Below, one piece after another: positions 44,852-56,474 of a stretch of DNA of 64,000 nt (position 1 is the stretch's first letter; each line of letters begins with the position of its first letter). Origin of the DNA: Cyanidioschyzon merolae (taxonomy: Eukaryota); the NCBI GenBank assembly GCA_000091205.1, contig AP006496.2. The stretch is one strand, 5' to 3'. The translations under genes were made by a program, and so were the position numbers. Below the pieces are notes generated by a model. That model made no database searches. It was given only the letters and a program-made list of their open reading frames with translations, and had not been told where the DNA came from.

Positions 44852-45697
44852 AGGGCATCGTTGAGCCGTTGTTGATGCACCAGATTCCCCGATTCTCACC
44901 CGAGACGCATGGAGTTGCACTTGGTATCGGCAATTCGGGAAGCAATGCTCTCAATGAGCCGGTGTTGGTGCACCAGATTCCCCGATTCTCACCCGAGACG
45001 CATGGAGTTGCACTTGGTATCGGCAATTCGGGAAGCAATGCTCTCAATGAGCCGGTGTTGGTGCACCAGATTCCCCGATTCTCACCCGAGACGCATGGAG
45101 TTGCACTTGGTATCGGCAATTCGGGAAGCAATGCTCTCAATGAGCCGGTGTTGGTGCACCAGATTCCCCGATTCTCACCCGAGACGCATGGAGTTGCACT
45201 TGGTATCGGCAATTCGGGAAGCAATGCTCTCAATGAGCCGGTGTTGGTGCACCAGATTCCCCGATTCTCACCCGAGACGAATGGAGTTGCACTTGGTATC
45301 GGCAATTCGGGAAGCAATGCTCTCAATGAGCCGGTGTTGGTGCACCAGATTCCCCGATTCTCACCCGAGACGCATGGAGTTGCACTTGGTATCGGCAATT
45401 CGGGAAGCAATGCTCTCAATGAGCCGGTGTTGGTGCACCAGATTCCCCGATTCTCACCCGAGACGAATGGAGTTGCACTTGGTATCGGCAATTCGGGAAG
45501 CAATGCTCTCAATGAGCCGGTGTTGGTGCACCAGATTCCCCGATTCTCACCCGAGACGCATGGAGTTGCACTTGGTATCGGCAATTCGGGAAGCAATGCT
45601 CTCAATGAGCCGGTGTTGGTGCACCAGATTCCCCGATTCTCACCCGAGACGAATGGAGTTGCACTTGGTATCGGCAATTCGGGAAGCAATGCTCTCG
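44852..45697 (+). repeat. Minisatellite, 93-bp unit x ~9, >97% identical copies, open in three reading frames.
   Basis: The unit caccagattccccgattctcacccgagacgcatggagttgcacttggtatcggcaattcgggaagcaatgctctcaatgagccggtgttggtg recurs with period 93 (44881, 44974, ...). The variant gacgaatgg occurs in units 5, 7 and 9. Confidence 0.9.
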
Positions 45698-47135
45698 CGT
45701 ATGACACGCTCCAGGTTCCACTAGGAACACACGTCATACGCGGCTTTCGGCATGATGTTTCGTTCACGAGGTTCTCCTGGTGCCTTCCCTACCTCGAGAA
45801 CGCTATCTGCGGCCTCTGAAGCGTCGCTGCGGACGTCGTAGGAAGAGGATACGGCTTTTTTTCAAACCTGTGCGGGCACCAGCACGAGAAACCTCTGGTC
45901 CTCAACGCGGAGACTGGTCAGACAACTGTTCGACGTCCTGGCGTCTGCATGGGGCGCAGAGGCCTCTGCCGCGAGTGCCGTCGGCACCCAAGTATACGAA
46001 GAACCCAGCTCCACGTATCGATCCTGTACCATAAACAAAATCGGCATGAGGGTTGCGCTTGCCGAGCGCTGCACGTCAGCGATAGGCCCGCAGTCGCCTG
46101 ATCCTGTCGGTGTATCGGCAAGCGAGGTTCTAGCACCAGCAACAGCAGCAGCAGCAGCAGCAGCAGCATCTGGACCCCAGTGCGTAGACCGCTGGCTACG
46201 ACGCAACCTTTATCGGCGATGGTGCTTGCACGTACGCTGAGCGAGACGTGCCCGCAGCGGTGAGCGTCTAGGTGCAGCGCAGGGACACAAAGTTGCGGCC
46301 GCTTGCTCGATGCTGGCTCAGCGTCGTCGTGTATCGGCTCGTTTCGAACCGGGTTACATGGTATCTGGAATCATGGTGCTTAGCATTCTTTACTCGTTTT
46401 CGCTTCTCAGTGCCATTGAGCAACGCAGTGAGGTTGATCGACCTTGTGCGGACGCGCGCCCTTGCCGTTCTCTGTCCCGCGTTTCGACGTGCTATTTCGA
46501 GGCAGTTTCCCGCAGCCAGTGATCACGGAACCCAGGTGCGCGAACAGGGGGCCCAAGTCGAGCGCTGGCGACCGGGTTCCCGCTCATCACGATGTCAGCG
46601 AGTGCGCTCGAAATGGATCATGTGCCTGCAGAGGGCGTCTGAGCCCAGTCTAGTGGTACCGCCTGTAGCCAGTGAACTGCGAACATCGGAACTCGGGGCC
46701 ATTGCGGTAGTCAACCATGGCATTCTACGATCGAACAATTGTGAGTCTGCGGCTAGACGCTCGTCGCCCGACGACACACATCACCAATGCGCTTGCCCGT
46801 AACTGCTCCAGCAAGGTACAGCAGCCGTGCATCCTTGCCCATTCACCGGACGCAAAGGACTTGCTCCCATCGACGAAAGTTCGTTTGTGGAGCATCCAGC
46901 AGGCGCAACGAAGGCGACACGATCCGCAGGCTCGTGAGCACAGGCGGCGGGATGTCCGCTCCATGACCACGTTCCTCAACACCAAAGCATCACACGCATG
47001 ATACCAATCGTTGTAAAGAATCCATGTCTCTCGTGCACGCTCTTCGGACGACCACACGAGCTTCGCCAAACGTCAACAGCAGACTTGAACCCAAAACCGC
47101 ACCAACGGAACGCCGTGCAGCTGCCGTGCGAACCT

Positions 47136-47684
47136 TTAGCGACCGCCGGCCAAGTCACGTCGGCGCGATAGCGCCGTATCGCCACGGCGAACGCGAATGT
47201 TCAGAGCCTTGACCAGCCGGTCGAAACGCTCCAGATCCTGAGACTGCAGATACCGGAGCAAACGCCGCCGCCGTGAGTTCAGCAACTGAAGCCCTCGCGT
47301 CGAAGACAAGTCTTTCGGGTGCTCTTTCAGGTGCTCCGTGATAATGTTAACACGTTCTGTAAGCGCCGCAATTTGGTACTCCGGGGACCCCGTGTCCCGC
47401 TCGTGCACTCGGAACCGCGCGCTGGCCGCCCGCACCCGCTGGAGGTTCAGCCACGTCTTATTGCCGCCTCCTTCGGGAAGATCAGAACCATCCATGGGCA
47501 GCAGGCTCTCCGTAGTGCGCTCGGACTTGCCGAGGAAAAAGTCGAAAGTATCTTCTCCGGTCTGGAGACGCAACCCGGCCAGCGCACAGACTCGAGCACG
47601 CCGTGTTGCGCACTGCGGCGACGTCACACGCTTCGACCCCAACACAGAAAACGCACTGCACGTGCTCGGTAGTATGAACGCCAT
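47136..47684 (-). CDS. Organelle-targeted ribosomal protein S15 (bacterial-type uS15), nuclear-encoded, with an N-terminal presequence.
   Basis: GSPEYQIAALTERVNIITEHLKEHPKDLSSTRGLQLLNSRRRRLLRYLQSQDLERFDRLVKALNIR matches bacterial S15 [66 protein letters not shown]. Confidence 0.8.
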   Translation of the reverse strand: MAFILPSTCSAFSVLGSKRVTSPQCATRRARVCALAGLRLQTGEDTFDFFLGKSERTTESLLPMDGSDLPEGGGNKTWLNLQRVRAASARFRVHERDTGSPEYQIAALTERVNIITEHLKEHPKDLSSTRGLQLLNSRRRRLLRYLQSQDLERFDRLVKALNIRVRRGDTALSRRRDLAGGR

Positions 47685-49123
47685 TTCGATTACAAAGCTA
47701 TCAGAGAAGTAATAGACGATCTAAACGCGCAGTTCGCTCCTACACAAGTTGCAGCACGGTCCACTGCGACTTGTGTGTGTTCCAACAAAGCCAAGTGCCC
47801 TGTGTGACTTTTCAAGGCGACGCTTCGAGCGTGCGCGTGCGCCGAGGGCAGCGATCACCGCGCCGCTGCTGCTGCTGCTGCTGCTGCTCTCGCCAAGATC
47901 CGAGAAGCGCAATGTCGAGCGCAGCGCATGCACGCACGCACGACGATGCGCGGTGGTAGATCGTGTATATTTATGAACCAAACGGTACAGTAAGCTTCGT
48001 GCGCACGAAGGTGCATCAGTGCCTTCTGACACACCCTATACATTTACGTACAATGAAGTACAGGAGCTTCGTTGGTATGCACGCGTACCCGTGCCGCGCC
48101 AGCCCGCCCGTCCGCCGGTGCTGTACCTGTACCAGAATCGAGTGGAAACAGATGCAACGGACAAACTCGGACGTGCACTCTGAATGTTGCGTTTCTTCGC
48201 ATGCTCATCGACACTGGCTTTTATGGGCAATATTTGTGACTGCAGCTTTTCCTCTATCTTATTCGGAGCCTCAAATACGCAGGTCTCTTCTCTGTATCCA
48301 GTTCCGAGGCCAAAAGTCGAAGGATGTAGACAGCAGTCTCGAAATCTCGAGTCCTGTGCTTGCGCGTGTTGTTCACGCGCTACATGCGCAGGTGAACATT
48401 GCGATCTAGGTTCGATTGCAATTTTCATTTTGTCTGTATAGAGTCTCGGTGCGCTCTTCGCAGCGCTGATGCTTGGCTTTGGCCATAGATTCCCACATGT
48501 CCAACTGATATATTCCCCAGAGGGCAACTTCATGGCCCCAGAAGGCTTGCTTCGTCGCTCGATACGTATCCTTGGCAGGTACACAAGGCTCGCTTCGATG
48601 CCCTGCCCTGTTTAAGAGCTTGTCCCAGTATCGACAACCGGGAATCCTGAACCTCCGTATATCTCCGCAAGCGCTTATCACTGCGTATGGAACATCAAGG
48701 CTGTGTATCTAAGAAGGGTTCGGAAATACCTGGAAAATCAGGGACAGGACGAAGATTTCCGTGCCCTAATTTCATCTGACGCGGGTGCAGGCATAGACGC
48801 TTACGAAATGCATGTATCGTGAAGCATCCACGAACTGCTTCTTCGTACTCCACAGAGCCGGAAGGCGTTTCACGTCACAGGCGACGCGGCGCACGCTGCG
48901 GCTTCGTGATCGCTGGTAGCCCGCGTGCCGTACGTGTACAACGACAGCAATACCAACAACGCTTTCTGGGAAGTATTCGCAAACGCTTCGTGACTTGAGA
49001 GCGCGACAGCGAGCACAGTGTTGGTAAACCAGTGCAGTGAACCAGAGTGGCCAACGCGACCTCTTTTTTACTCGGGATATGGTAGAGCGACAGTAACAGC
49101 GTTGGTCGTGCTCTGGGCGTCGT

Positions 49124-50794
49124 GTGTTTGGAGGAGGGCTCTTTCCGCGAACGTCTAACGACAAGGGGGTCGCGAGCTTCTCGGCTGCGAACATCTCGCT
49201 GGTGCTCGCGACACATCTTTCGCGAGACGAGCGCTCTATCGACGTTCCTGAAGTGCACGGGCAGCGAGAGCTCAAATTCATGTTTGAGGTGAGGCAGCAG
49301 ACGCGTCCGCTGACGCGCTTTACGGGCAAGCCCCCGGAGTCGCGAATGCCTTGGGACGTACGTTTTAGACTCTGGCGCCGGTCAACTGAGTTCTGGTGGC
49401 GTGCCGGTTCCATATACTGTTCTTACAAGTGGTCTCAGTTTTTCATTGGTGCTCTCGGGCGCTTGGGAGCGCTGAATCGTGACGCGGCCTGGTCCTCACA
49501 ACACGAACGAGCATCGAAAGCAATGTACAACATGTGCAGCGAAATGCGTGGTTTCCTGATCAAAGCTGGACAGTTCCTGGCAACACGAGCCGACTTTTTG
49601 CCCGAACCGTTTATTCGGCGATTATCCAAGCTACACGACGATGTGGAGCCGATCACCGCAGCTGCTGCGCAGCGAGTCGTTGCGAGCGAGCTCGGTATTC
49701 AGCACTTGGACGACATATTCGAGTGCTTCGAGTCGGATCCGCTTGGTGCGGCATCGATATCGCAAGTGCACCGTGCAAAGCTGCGAAAGAGCATTGCCAG
49801 CGCGGCGCTCGGGAAGCGTCATCGCGACACCTGGGTCGCCGTCAAAGTCCAATACCCGGACGCTGAAAACATGATGCTGAACGACCTCGCATCGCTGCTC
49901 ATTCTGGCGCGGTTCCTGCAGCGCTACGAACTAAAGTTCGACTTGGAGTCTCCAGTTTTGGAACTGCAAAGTCAGATCCGCCAAGAGTTCGATTTCATTC
50001 GCGAGGCAGCGAACACGGAGCGCATCCGCTCACTTGTGCTTGGAAGCCGCAAACTGCGAGCCCGCATCCAGGTGCCGCGGATTTATCATGCGACGAAGCG
50101 CCTCATCATCATGGAGTACTTGGATGGAGTGCCGATCCCGCAGCTGGAGGAGGAACTACGACGCCGACGTGTCCGAATACCCGCCCGACTGGAGCGAATG
50201 CTGGAACGGAACCTGATGGATTCGATTGCGCTCGTGTATGGCAAGATGCTTCTCGGGAAGGGTTTCTTCCAGGCGGATCCCCATCCGGGAAATATGCTCG
50301 TCCTCCAGAGGAATTGGAGCGGAAATCGATCTTTTTTTAAGGGTACACTGGCTTATCTCGGCCTCGTTGAGCCGACAATCCAGCTAGGCCTCTTGGATTT
50401 TGGCCAGTGCAAGCAGCTGACTCCAGAGCGACTGCGTCAGCTGCGCGCGCTCATGCGGGCGATGTACAGAGGGCACCACGTTGCAGCCGCTTTTTTCGAT
50501 CTGGGTATCGCACTGGAGCGGGAGCCCGAATTCTACGACCCGAATGACGTTGCCATTCTAGCGTATTCTATGTTTGATACGCGGCCGCTGCCTGCGGGCC
50601 GGAGCATTTCGCCGTTCGATCCGAACTGCCCGCTGAAGCAGACGCCTGTGCGGCATCTTCCCGGTGATTTATTCTTCGTACTGCGCACGATTCAGATCCT
50701 GCGCGGTCTCCAGAGCCGCATGCAGAGCCGGCAGTGTCTGAACACTTCGCTGGCAAAGGAATGGTGCGGTCGCTGGGGCCTTTGCGCGGACTAG
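49124..50794 (+). CDS. ABC1/ADCK (UbiB-family) atypical protein kinase.
   Basis: LIKAGQFLATRADFLPEPFIRRLSKLHDDVEP, AASISQVHRAKL, WVAVKVQYPDAE, IIMEYLDGVPI and FFQADPHPGNMLV are canonical ABC1 motifs. Confidence 0.85.
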   Translation: MFGGGLFPRTSNDKGVASFSAANISLVLATHLSRDERSIDVPEVHGQRELKFMFEVRQQTRPLTRFTGKPPESRMPWDVRFRLWRRSTEFWWRAGSIYCSYKWSQFFIGALGRLGALNRDAAWSSQHERASKAMYNMCSEMRGFLIKAGQFLATRADFLPEPFIRRLSKLHDDVEPITAAAAQRVVASELGIQHLDDIFECFESDPLGAASISQVHRAKLRKSIASAALGKRHRDTWVAVKVQYPDAENMMLNDLASLLILARFLQRYELKFDLESPVLELQSQIRQEFDFIREAANTERIRSLVLGSRKLRARIQVPRIYHATKRLIIMEYLDGVPIPQLEEELRRRRVRIPARLERMLERNLMDSIALVYGKMLLGKGFFQADPHPGNMLVLQRNWSGNRSFFKGTLAYLGLVEPTIQLGLLDFGQCKQLTPERLRQLRALMRAMYRGHHVAAAFFDLGIALEREPEFYDPNDVAILAYSMFDTRPLPAGRSISPFDPNCPLKQTPVRHLPGDLFFVLRTIQILRGLQSRMQSRQCLNTSLAKEWCGRWGLCAD

Positions 50795-51889
50795 CAGCCG
50801 TGCTGCGCCACCTCTGTGGCCGAGGTATTTCGACTGGCAGCAATTTGCACTTTTGTAGCGATACCAGAGCAAGCGCGGAAGCCACAGTAGCGTCGAGGAA
50901 CTGAGCGACAATCTAGGACGTGGCGTGTGGAGCACCTTGGCCGGCATCGAGCGTGTCAGTTGCCCGGATTCAGCAAGCCGCTATGAAAACAATCGTAAAT
51001 TGCTCCTCTTATGGTCATGACTAGAGGCATTGGAGGATGCATGGAAGCATTCGGAAAACTGGAAAGACGTTCAGACTTGCGAACTGCGTCAGGGTTGGCG
51101 GCGAGCTTGTGGTGTTCGTCTGGAGCGCGACCCCAAACGTATCCCACAAGGCATGAACCTTGTCGCCGCGGACGCTCGGGAGGCACGATATCGGCGCCGG
51201 CTCGAGCAGGCCATCCGTTGGGGCGTGGAGCATCCGCACCTCGTCCAGCTCCGGCTGACGCGCGTGCATACACCTCGAACCGTGCCGTCTCAGCCCGCTC
51301 ATGAGGATCACGTGGTGGTGCGGCACGCCGTGGAACACCTGTCGCTGGAGGAGGCTCTGTGCAGTACCACGAGCTTCAACGTCTTGTCGCAGCGGTGAAC
51401 TTTCCTGTGTGGTAAACCCGAACAAAGCCTATTCGGATTTCGATTGCAGAAACGAGCATATTACGGGAGCAATCGCCAGGATCACTCAGGACTCGGATGG
51501 TACGCCGGCGCTCGCGTCTAGGCGTCTTCGAGCTGACCCACACAACGGCGCTTCGCAGCTGTTCTGTCTTTGGCCGGCGACCACGGCAGCGACGCATCCA
51601 GCATAGCAGGGAGCGTCTGAAGCAGACGCGGCATCCGGAGCGTCTCTGTATCAATCTATCCTCAATGCACGACGAAAGGATTGATCCGGGAGTAGTGCAA
51701 CTCAGAAGCATCCAGACACGAGGTGTCGCCTCTTTTCGAGTGCCCTGCACCAACCGCGCATCCAGCGGACGCTAACTCGATGCATCGATCGGACGCTATT
51801 CGAGAACACCATTGTCTCCGCGCCGAAGTAGTACGTTCCCTCCTCTCCCAGCGCACTGCGTGATCAGAGCGACGTTCTTTTATGTAGCC

Positions 51890-52125
51890 CTCTGTTCCCA
51901 GGTGTACCTTGCGACAAATGGGACGTTCTCCTATACACCTTTCCTTACGTCGGTGTATCGCACGACAAATGCAACGTTCTCGAATGTACCGCTAGGTTTC
52001 GAAGCACATTGTGTGACAATTGCTATGTTCTCCTACATACCCCTCCTTACTTTAGTATATCGCATGAAAATTGCGACGTTCTCCAAGATACCCCAATTTT
52101 CCTCAGTATACCGCGTGACAGGCGT
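51890..52125 (+). repeat. Degenerate tandem repeat, ~57-60-bp unit x ~4, upstream of the 52277 gene.
   Basis: Units gacaaatg..acgttctc...ta.ac....cct.....gt.tatcgca repeat at 51905, 51962, 52019 and 52076. This makes an internally repetitive ORF 51812-52174. Confidence 0.7.
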
Positions 52126-52276
52126 TGCGGATGCGCCGTCCCCGGGAACGTGCCGCGCTGCCCGTCGAATTTGAAACGCCACAACGCCGCGGCTCCAACG
52201 GGTGTTCGCAACGCAACCGCTACTGTTCATCGTGTACGGATACTTTCTCCGGAAATAAGGACCTCCGAGAAGAGAC

Positions 52277-53311
52277 ATGTTGTACTGGGTTGGCGTCTTC
52301 CGGCCGTCAAGGTTTCTCGTCAGTGTCTGTGCCTTCATAGGACTTGTGGCAGCTATCCTGATCCATCTGGAAGTGCTCGCGTCTCCGCTGGAGGCAGTGA
52401 TCGTCGCTTTACTCCTCGGTTTCGGGGTGGTAACCTTCCGTGCGTTCTGGGATCACGTCACCGAGGATTGCTTCGAGCAAAACGGCCAAAATGAAAGCGT
52501 CGTCGAATTCATGTCGTTCTCGCATCTAGCGGTGTCCGTGGTGCTCAACGTCCTCTGCGTCGCGCTCGTCGCTGCCCGGGGCCGTGCCGACCACCACTGG
52601 GCCCAGGTTAGCACCATCGTATGCCTACTCTCAATGCTGTACATGGCCTGTGCGGGTGGTCACATCTATGACGCACTCGTGCATCATAACTATGAGCAAG
52701 AGAACGCAGCTGTCGAACTTGTCATCATCTACGACACGTGGTTCCCGTTAGCAATGAACCTGCTGCTTCTCGCTCGTTTGGCTGGCGCCCAGGCCTTTTT
52801 CTTGCAGCGAATCGTCTGGGAACCCTTCGCGTTCGCTGAAAGGGTGCTCGAATGGACTACACTTTTGACGCAAAGGCAGTTACAGTTTCAGCTGGGGCGT
52901 AATTTCTTCCTCCGGCTTCTGCAGCAATCCGCGCACGCATCCAGTCAACAGATCATGCGTGCGCTCGAAGTTGTCATGCGTGCTGCGCGCCAAGGCGACT
53001 TTCACCTCGCCCTCCATGTAGGGTGTATCGTTGCCGGGTTCCTGCTTACGTCCGTTTACATCGTGGCGGTGTTGCCGGTGCTTGCCCGCTGCCACGGCAA
53101 GTTCGCAGCAGCGTCCGCAGAGGAGGCACGGCTCGCTGGTGCTTTGAAGACGCCTGCTGGGGCGTTGACACCAGCCAAGGCGGCATCTACAGCGCGCACA
53201 CCAGCAACGACAACGACGGCGCGTAAGAGTCGTCCGCGAGTGCCGACTCCGATGACGCTGCGACGCAAGAACCTTCGTTCCCAGAGCGTGCGGCGAGGCC
53301 TCCAGTTCTAG
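52277..53311 (+). CDS. Hypothetical polytopic membrane protein (about 6-7 TM segments) with an Ala/Thr-rich basic C-terminal tail.
   Basis: Hydrophobic segments FLVSVCAFIGLVAAILI, VIVALLLGFGVVTF, LAVSVVLNVLCVALVAA, IVCLLSMLYMACAGG, WFPLAMNLLLLARLAGAQAFFL and VGCIVAGFLLTSVYIVAVLPVLA. Confidence 0.5.
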   Translation: MLYWVGVFRPSRFLVSVCAFIGLVAAILIHLEVLASPLEAVIVALLLGFGVVTFRAFWDHVTEDCFEQNGQNESVVEFMSFSHLAVSVVLNVLCVALVAARGRADHHWAQVSTIVCLLSMLYMACAGGHIYDALVHHNYEQENAAVELVIIYDTWFPLAMNLLLLARLAGAQAFFLQRIVWEPFAFAERVLEWTTLLTQRQLQFQLGRNFFLRLLQQSAHASSQQIMRALEVVMRAARQGDFHLALHVGCIVAGFLLTSVYIVAVLPVLARCHGKFAAASAEEARLAGALKTPAGALTPAKAASTARTPATTTTARKSRPRVPTPMTLRRKNLRSQSVRRGLQF

Positions 53312-53609
53312 CTTGTCTGGCGAGCGTCGCCGCTTAAGTGCATCATGACATTGTGTCTATCAGGAATAGCGTAAACGCGGTATTCGATGGTGCCCTGTTC
53401 GGGTGAGCGCTCTCTGTCTATAAGATGCCGCGCACCTGGGGCGCGGTTGCGGTATATCTCTGCGCGTCTGCGTATCGCACGATGGCAGTATTTGCGATTC
53501 GCTGGAAGGCACCGGCGCACAGTGCAAATCGGCTGGAGCAGTCCTGCGTCCTCGTACCAATGAGCTGTTCATGTACACGGCAAGCAAGCGAGTCGTCAGG
53601 AGTGCCCAG

Positions 53610-55886
53610 TCACGCAGCAGCTCCGTCGGGTACGCTCAGCGGTCGACTCGGATCGTACCACCAGAGGCGCGCGTCCCCGTCATTACCGCAACTGGCCAGC
53701 AGACTCTGCTGCTGGGACCAGACTGCACTGAAGACAGGCCCCCGTCGACACGCCGTAAGGCGCTGGATGAGCGTAGCGCTCTCAACGTCCCAGATACAAA
53801 TTTGGCCGTCCTCGCTGCCACCAACCACAAGTAGCTCGTTCGGGCCAAAACAGGCCCGGATGAAATTCTTGCTCGTGTTCTGGTGGCCCTTGAAGCGTCG
53901 GATCGGCCGTGATGCCCGCAAATCCCACAACCGATTCGAGTTGTCTTTGCTCGAACTCAAGAGCAGCGTCCCCGTCGAGTTGAGCTCAACGCTGGTCACC
54001 TCGCCAAAATGGAAGCTGAACGTCCGAACGCATACGCCGCTGATGATATCCCAGAACTTGATGGTGGAGTCCTTGCTCCCGCTCACAATCAGGTTGCCAT
54101 GCGGGTTGAACACTGCTCGCGTAACCGCAGCCTGGTGACCAACGAAACTGCGCACAATCTGACCCGTGCGGATGTCGTGCAGTCGCAACGTCTTATCGTA
54201 GCCGCCACTGAGCACGTGCGTTTCCGCCGGATGCACGCAGACCGTATACACATCGCCACCAGTGGTTGGAAGCTTGGTCAGCGCATGGCCGGGTCCAGCT
54301 CCTGAGAGCCCGCCTCCAGGGCGAACACTGGTGCTGTTGCCGATACTGCCGATACTGCTGATGCTGCTGCCTTGCATCGCTGCGCTTGTCGCTACCGAGC
54401 CGTGCCCCACGGCCGGATGGTGTGCGAGCATCGCTCCGAGTCGAAAGCCCGGCGCATGCGCTTCGCTTACCCAGAGGCCAATGCGCCCGTCCGCCGAGCC
54501 CGACGCAAGGACGCGGCCCGAGGGCGAAGCACTCACATCCCAGACCCGCGACGAATGCCCGCTCAGCATACCGAGCAGCGCCCCGGAGTCGGTATCCCAG
54601 AGGCCTACACGGCGATCGCTGGAACCCGTCGCCAGCATGAGACCCTCCTTGCCGACAAAAGTGACACACTTGATGTTCGCCTCGTGGCCGCAGAGTCGTG
54701 GCGGGCGCTCCGCATTCGGAATCGCGAAACAGTGGTAGTCTTCCAGGAGCGTCCGAATCCGGGGCAGGACGAGCGGGTGATATCGAGCGAACTCTATTTG
54801 ATAGGCATAGGCCTGCTGCACCAGTTGCTCGAGTCGATGGGGCGGCACCTCTCTGCGTTGTGGCGACGTGCCCTGGGGATCGCCGAAAACGCATTCTGCC
54901 TCTTGCTCCATGTCGAGTAGGCGCGTCAGCTGCTCCGCCAGAAGCTCACGGCCCGCTTGGGAGCCACCCCAGTCCAGAGAGAGCGGGATGGACGCCGCGT
55001 GCGCCTCATGGACAGACTTGCAGGTCAGCAGGTAGCAGAGGTCTCGAAACTCGGCGGGGCCTCGTGGCGCGTGTCCCTCCAGCGGCTTGAGACGTTTCAT
55101 GAGCACCGCATAAGCTTTCTCTGTCTCATGGCGCTCAATGAGCTCCAGGAACTGCTGTCTATAGAGGGCGTAGAGAAACACTTTCAGATTCTTCAGCGGG
55201 GTCTTCTGACAGAGCCGCTCTACCTCGGACCAGTCACCAGTGAGAATTGCACTGCGGATTCGACGTGCCTGCCACTGCTGGCTACGTGCCTCGCGTTCCA
55301 TTAGGTTCGCCTCGTCGTTGACCACCATACTGGACAACACGTAGCCATGGTCCTCGAGATACTGGCGAATCATGCGCAGCATGTCGCGCTGGATGCACGG
55401 GTCCTCGGGGTCGAAGACTAGCCCCAAACGTGGAGCACCCTCGCGAACGAGCGGCCTGGTATTGTTGCCGACGTGCACCCCCGCGAGTGCCGGGCCCTGC
55501 GGCACACCACTCCATAGCGCACGTGAGCCCGTCGCAGACTCGGTAGCGTCTGTCCAGTGCATCCGCGACGGAGAGATCATTTGCTCGCCTGCATCGAGTC
55601 GACGCCCGGGTGGTGCAGTGAACCCAGCTTGGGTCGGCAACGAGAGCCGACGAGCTCCCAGCAACTCCAGTGCATCCCGGAGACCGCGAGTGTACCGCGG
55701 CCCGTGATCAATCAACACAGACTCTGTAGCAACAACGCTCAGAGGTCGTTGAGGTTGCGGTTGAGGTTGAGACTCAGGCTGGAGTGCACCAAACGCTGTT
55801 GTCTGTGTGGCAGGCTCGAGGCCGTCAGCGTGGGCGGCTTGCTCGTTCGCAGCTTGCTGCATCCACTTTCGTACCCCAGCAAACAC
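53610..55886 (-). CDS. WD40-repeat protein with LisH and CTLH domains (WDR26/GID7-like, CTLH-complex type).
   Basis: LisH MLRMIRQYLEDHGY. CTLH RRIRSAILTGDWSEVERLCQ...VFLYALYRQQFLELIE. RLEQLVQQAYAYQ ~ WDR26 RLQTLLRQAVELQ. Multiple WD repeats: GHSSRVWDVS, SGSADGRIGLW, SGSKDSTIKFWD. Confidence 0.75.
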   Translation of the reverse strand: MFAGVRKWMQQAANEQAAHADGLEPATQTTAFGALQPESQPQPQPQRPLSVVATESVLIDHGPRYTRGLRDALELLGARRLSLPTQAGFTAPPGRRLDAGEQMISPSRMHWTDATESATGSRALWSGVPQGPALAGVHVGNNTRPLVREGAPRLGLVFDPEDPCIQRDMLRMIRQYLEDHGYVLSSMVVNDEANLMEREARSQQWQARRIRSAILTGDWSEVERLCQKTPLKNLKVFLYALYRQQFLELIERHETEKAYAVLMKRLKPLEGHAPRGPAEFRDLCYLLTCKSVHEAHAASIPLSLDWGGSQAGRELLAEQLTRLLDMEQEAECVFGDPQGTSPQRREVPPHRLEQLVQQAYAYQIEFARYHPLVLPRIRTLLEDYHCFAIPNAERPPRLCGHEANIKCVTFVGKEGLMLATGSSDRRVGLWDTDSGALLGMLSGHSSRVWDVSASPSGRVLASGSADGRIGLWVSEAHAPGFRLGAMLAHHPAVGHGSVATSAAMQGSSISSIGSIGNSTSVRPGGGLSGAGPGHALTKLPTTGGDVYTVCVHPAETHVLSGGYDKTLRLHDIRTGQIVRSFVGHQAAVTRAVFNPHGNLIVSGSKDSTIKFWDIISGVCVRTFSFHFGEVTSVELNSTGTLLLSSSKDNSNRLWDLRASRPIRRFKGHQNTSKNFIRACFGPNELLVVGGSEDGQICIWDVESATLIQRLTACRRGPVFSAVWSQQQSLLASCGNDGDARLWWYDPSRPLSVPDGAAA

Positions 55887-56113
55887 GCTAACGCTGCAAC
55901 GGTCGGCTTTTCTGGGCGAACACCCTCGGGGAACGCTGTGCTCGCTAGTTTCGCGAGCTGGCCTGCTTTTCGCAGTCCAAGCTCCAAGTGTGCAGTGCAG
56001 CTCGTCTTAACACGTAAACGCCACCGGTAATCAGAGACGAGTGACTTGCCCCAAGCGACTCCAAAACCCTTTCGTGGGACGTTGTTCAGTCAAGCTGTGC
56101 TTCCGCGGTAAAC

Positions 56114-56400
56114 GATCAGGCGACTCCGTACCCGAATACTCCAAGGTCCGGGATCGGTGTGTCTGAGCAGCTGCTCCCCTGAGAAAAGAACGCTACCGGG
56201 CACTTCGGTCGATCAGGTGACTCCGTACCCGAACACTCCAAGGTCCGGGATCGGTGTGTCTAAGCAGCTGCTCCCCTGAGAAAAGAACGCTACCGGGCAC
56301 TTTGGTCGATCAGGTGACTCCGTACCCGAACACTCCAAGGTCCGGGATCGTTGTGTCTAAGCAGCTGGCCCCCTGAGAAAAGAACGCTACCGGGTCGTAA
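56114..56400 (+). repeat. Tandem repeat, 97-bp unit x3, in the bidirectional intergenic region between 55886(-) and 56475(+).
   Basis: gatcagg.gactccgtacccgaa.actccaaggtccgggatcg.tgtgtct.agcagctg..cccctgagaaaagaacgctaccggg occurs at 56114, 56211 and 56308. Confidence 0.9.
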
Positions 56401-56474
56401 CGTTTGCGACCCAGTACCTCAGCGCGTGCGTACAGGAGTTACACCACCACCACCACCACCACCACGAAACCTTC

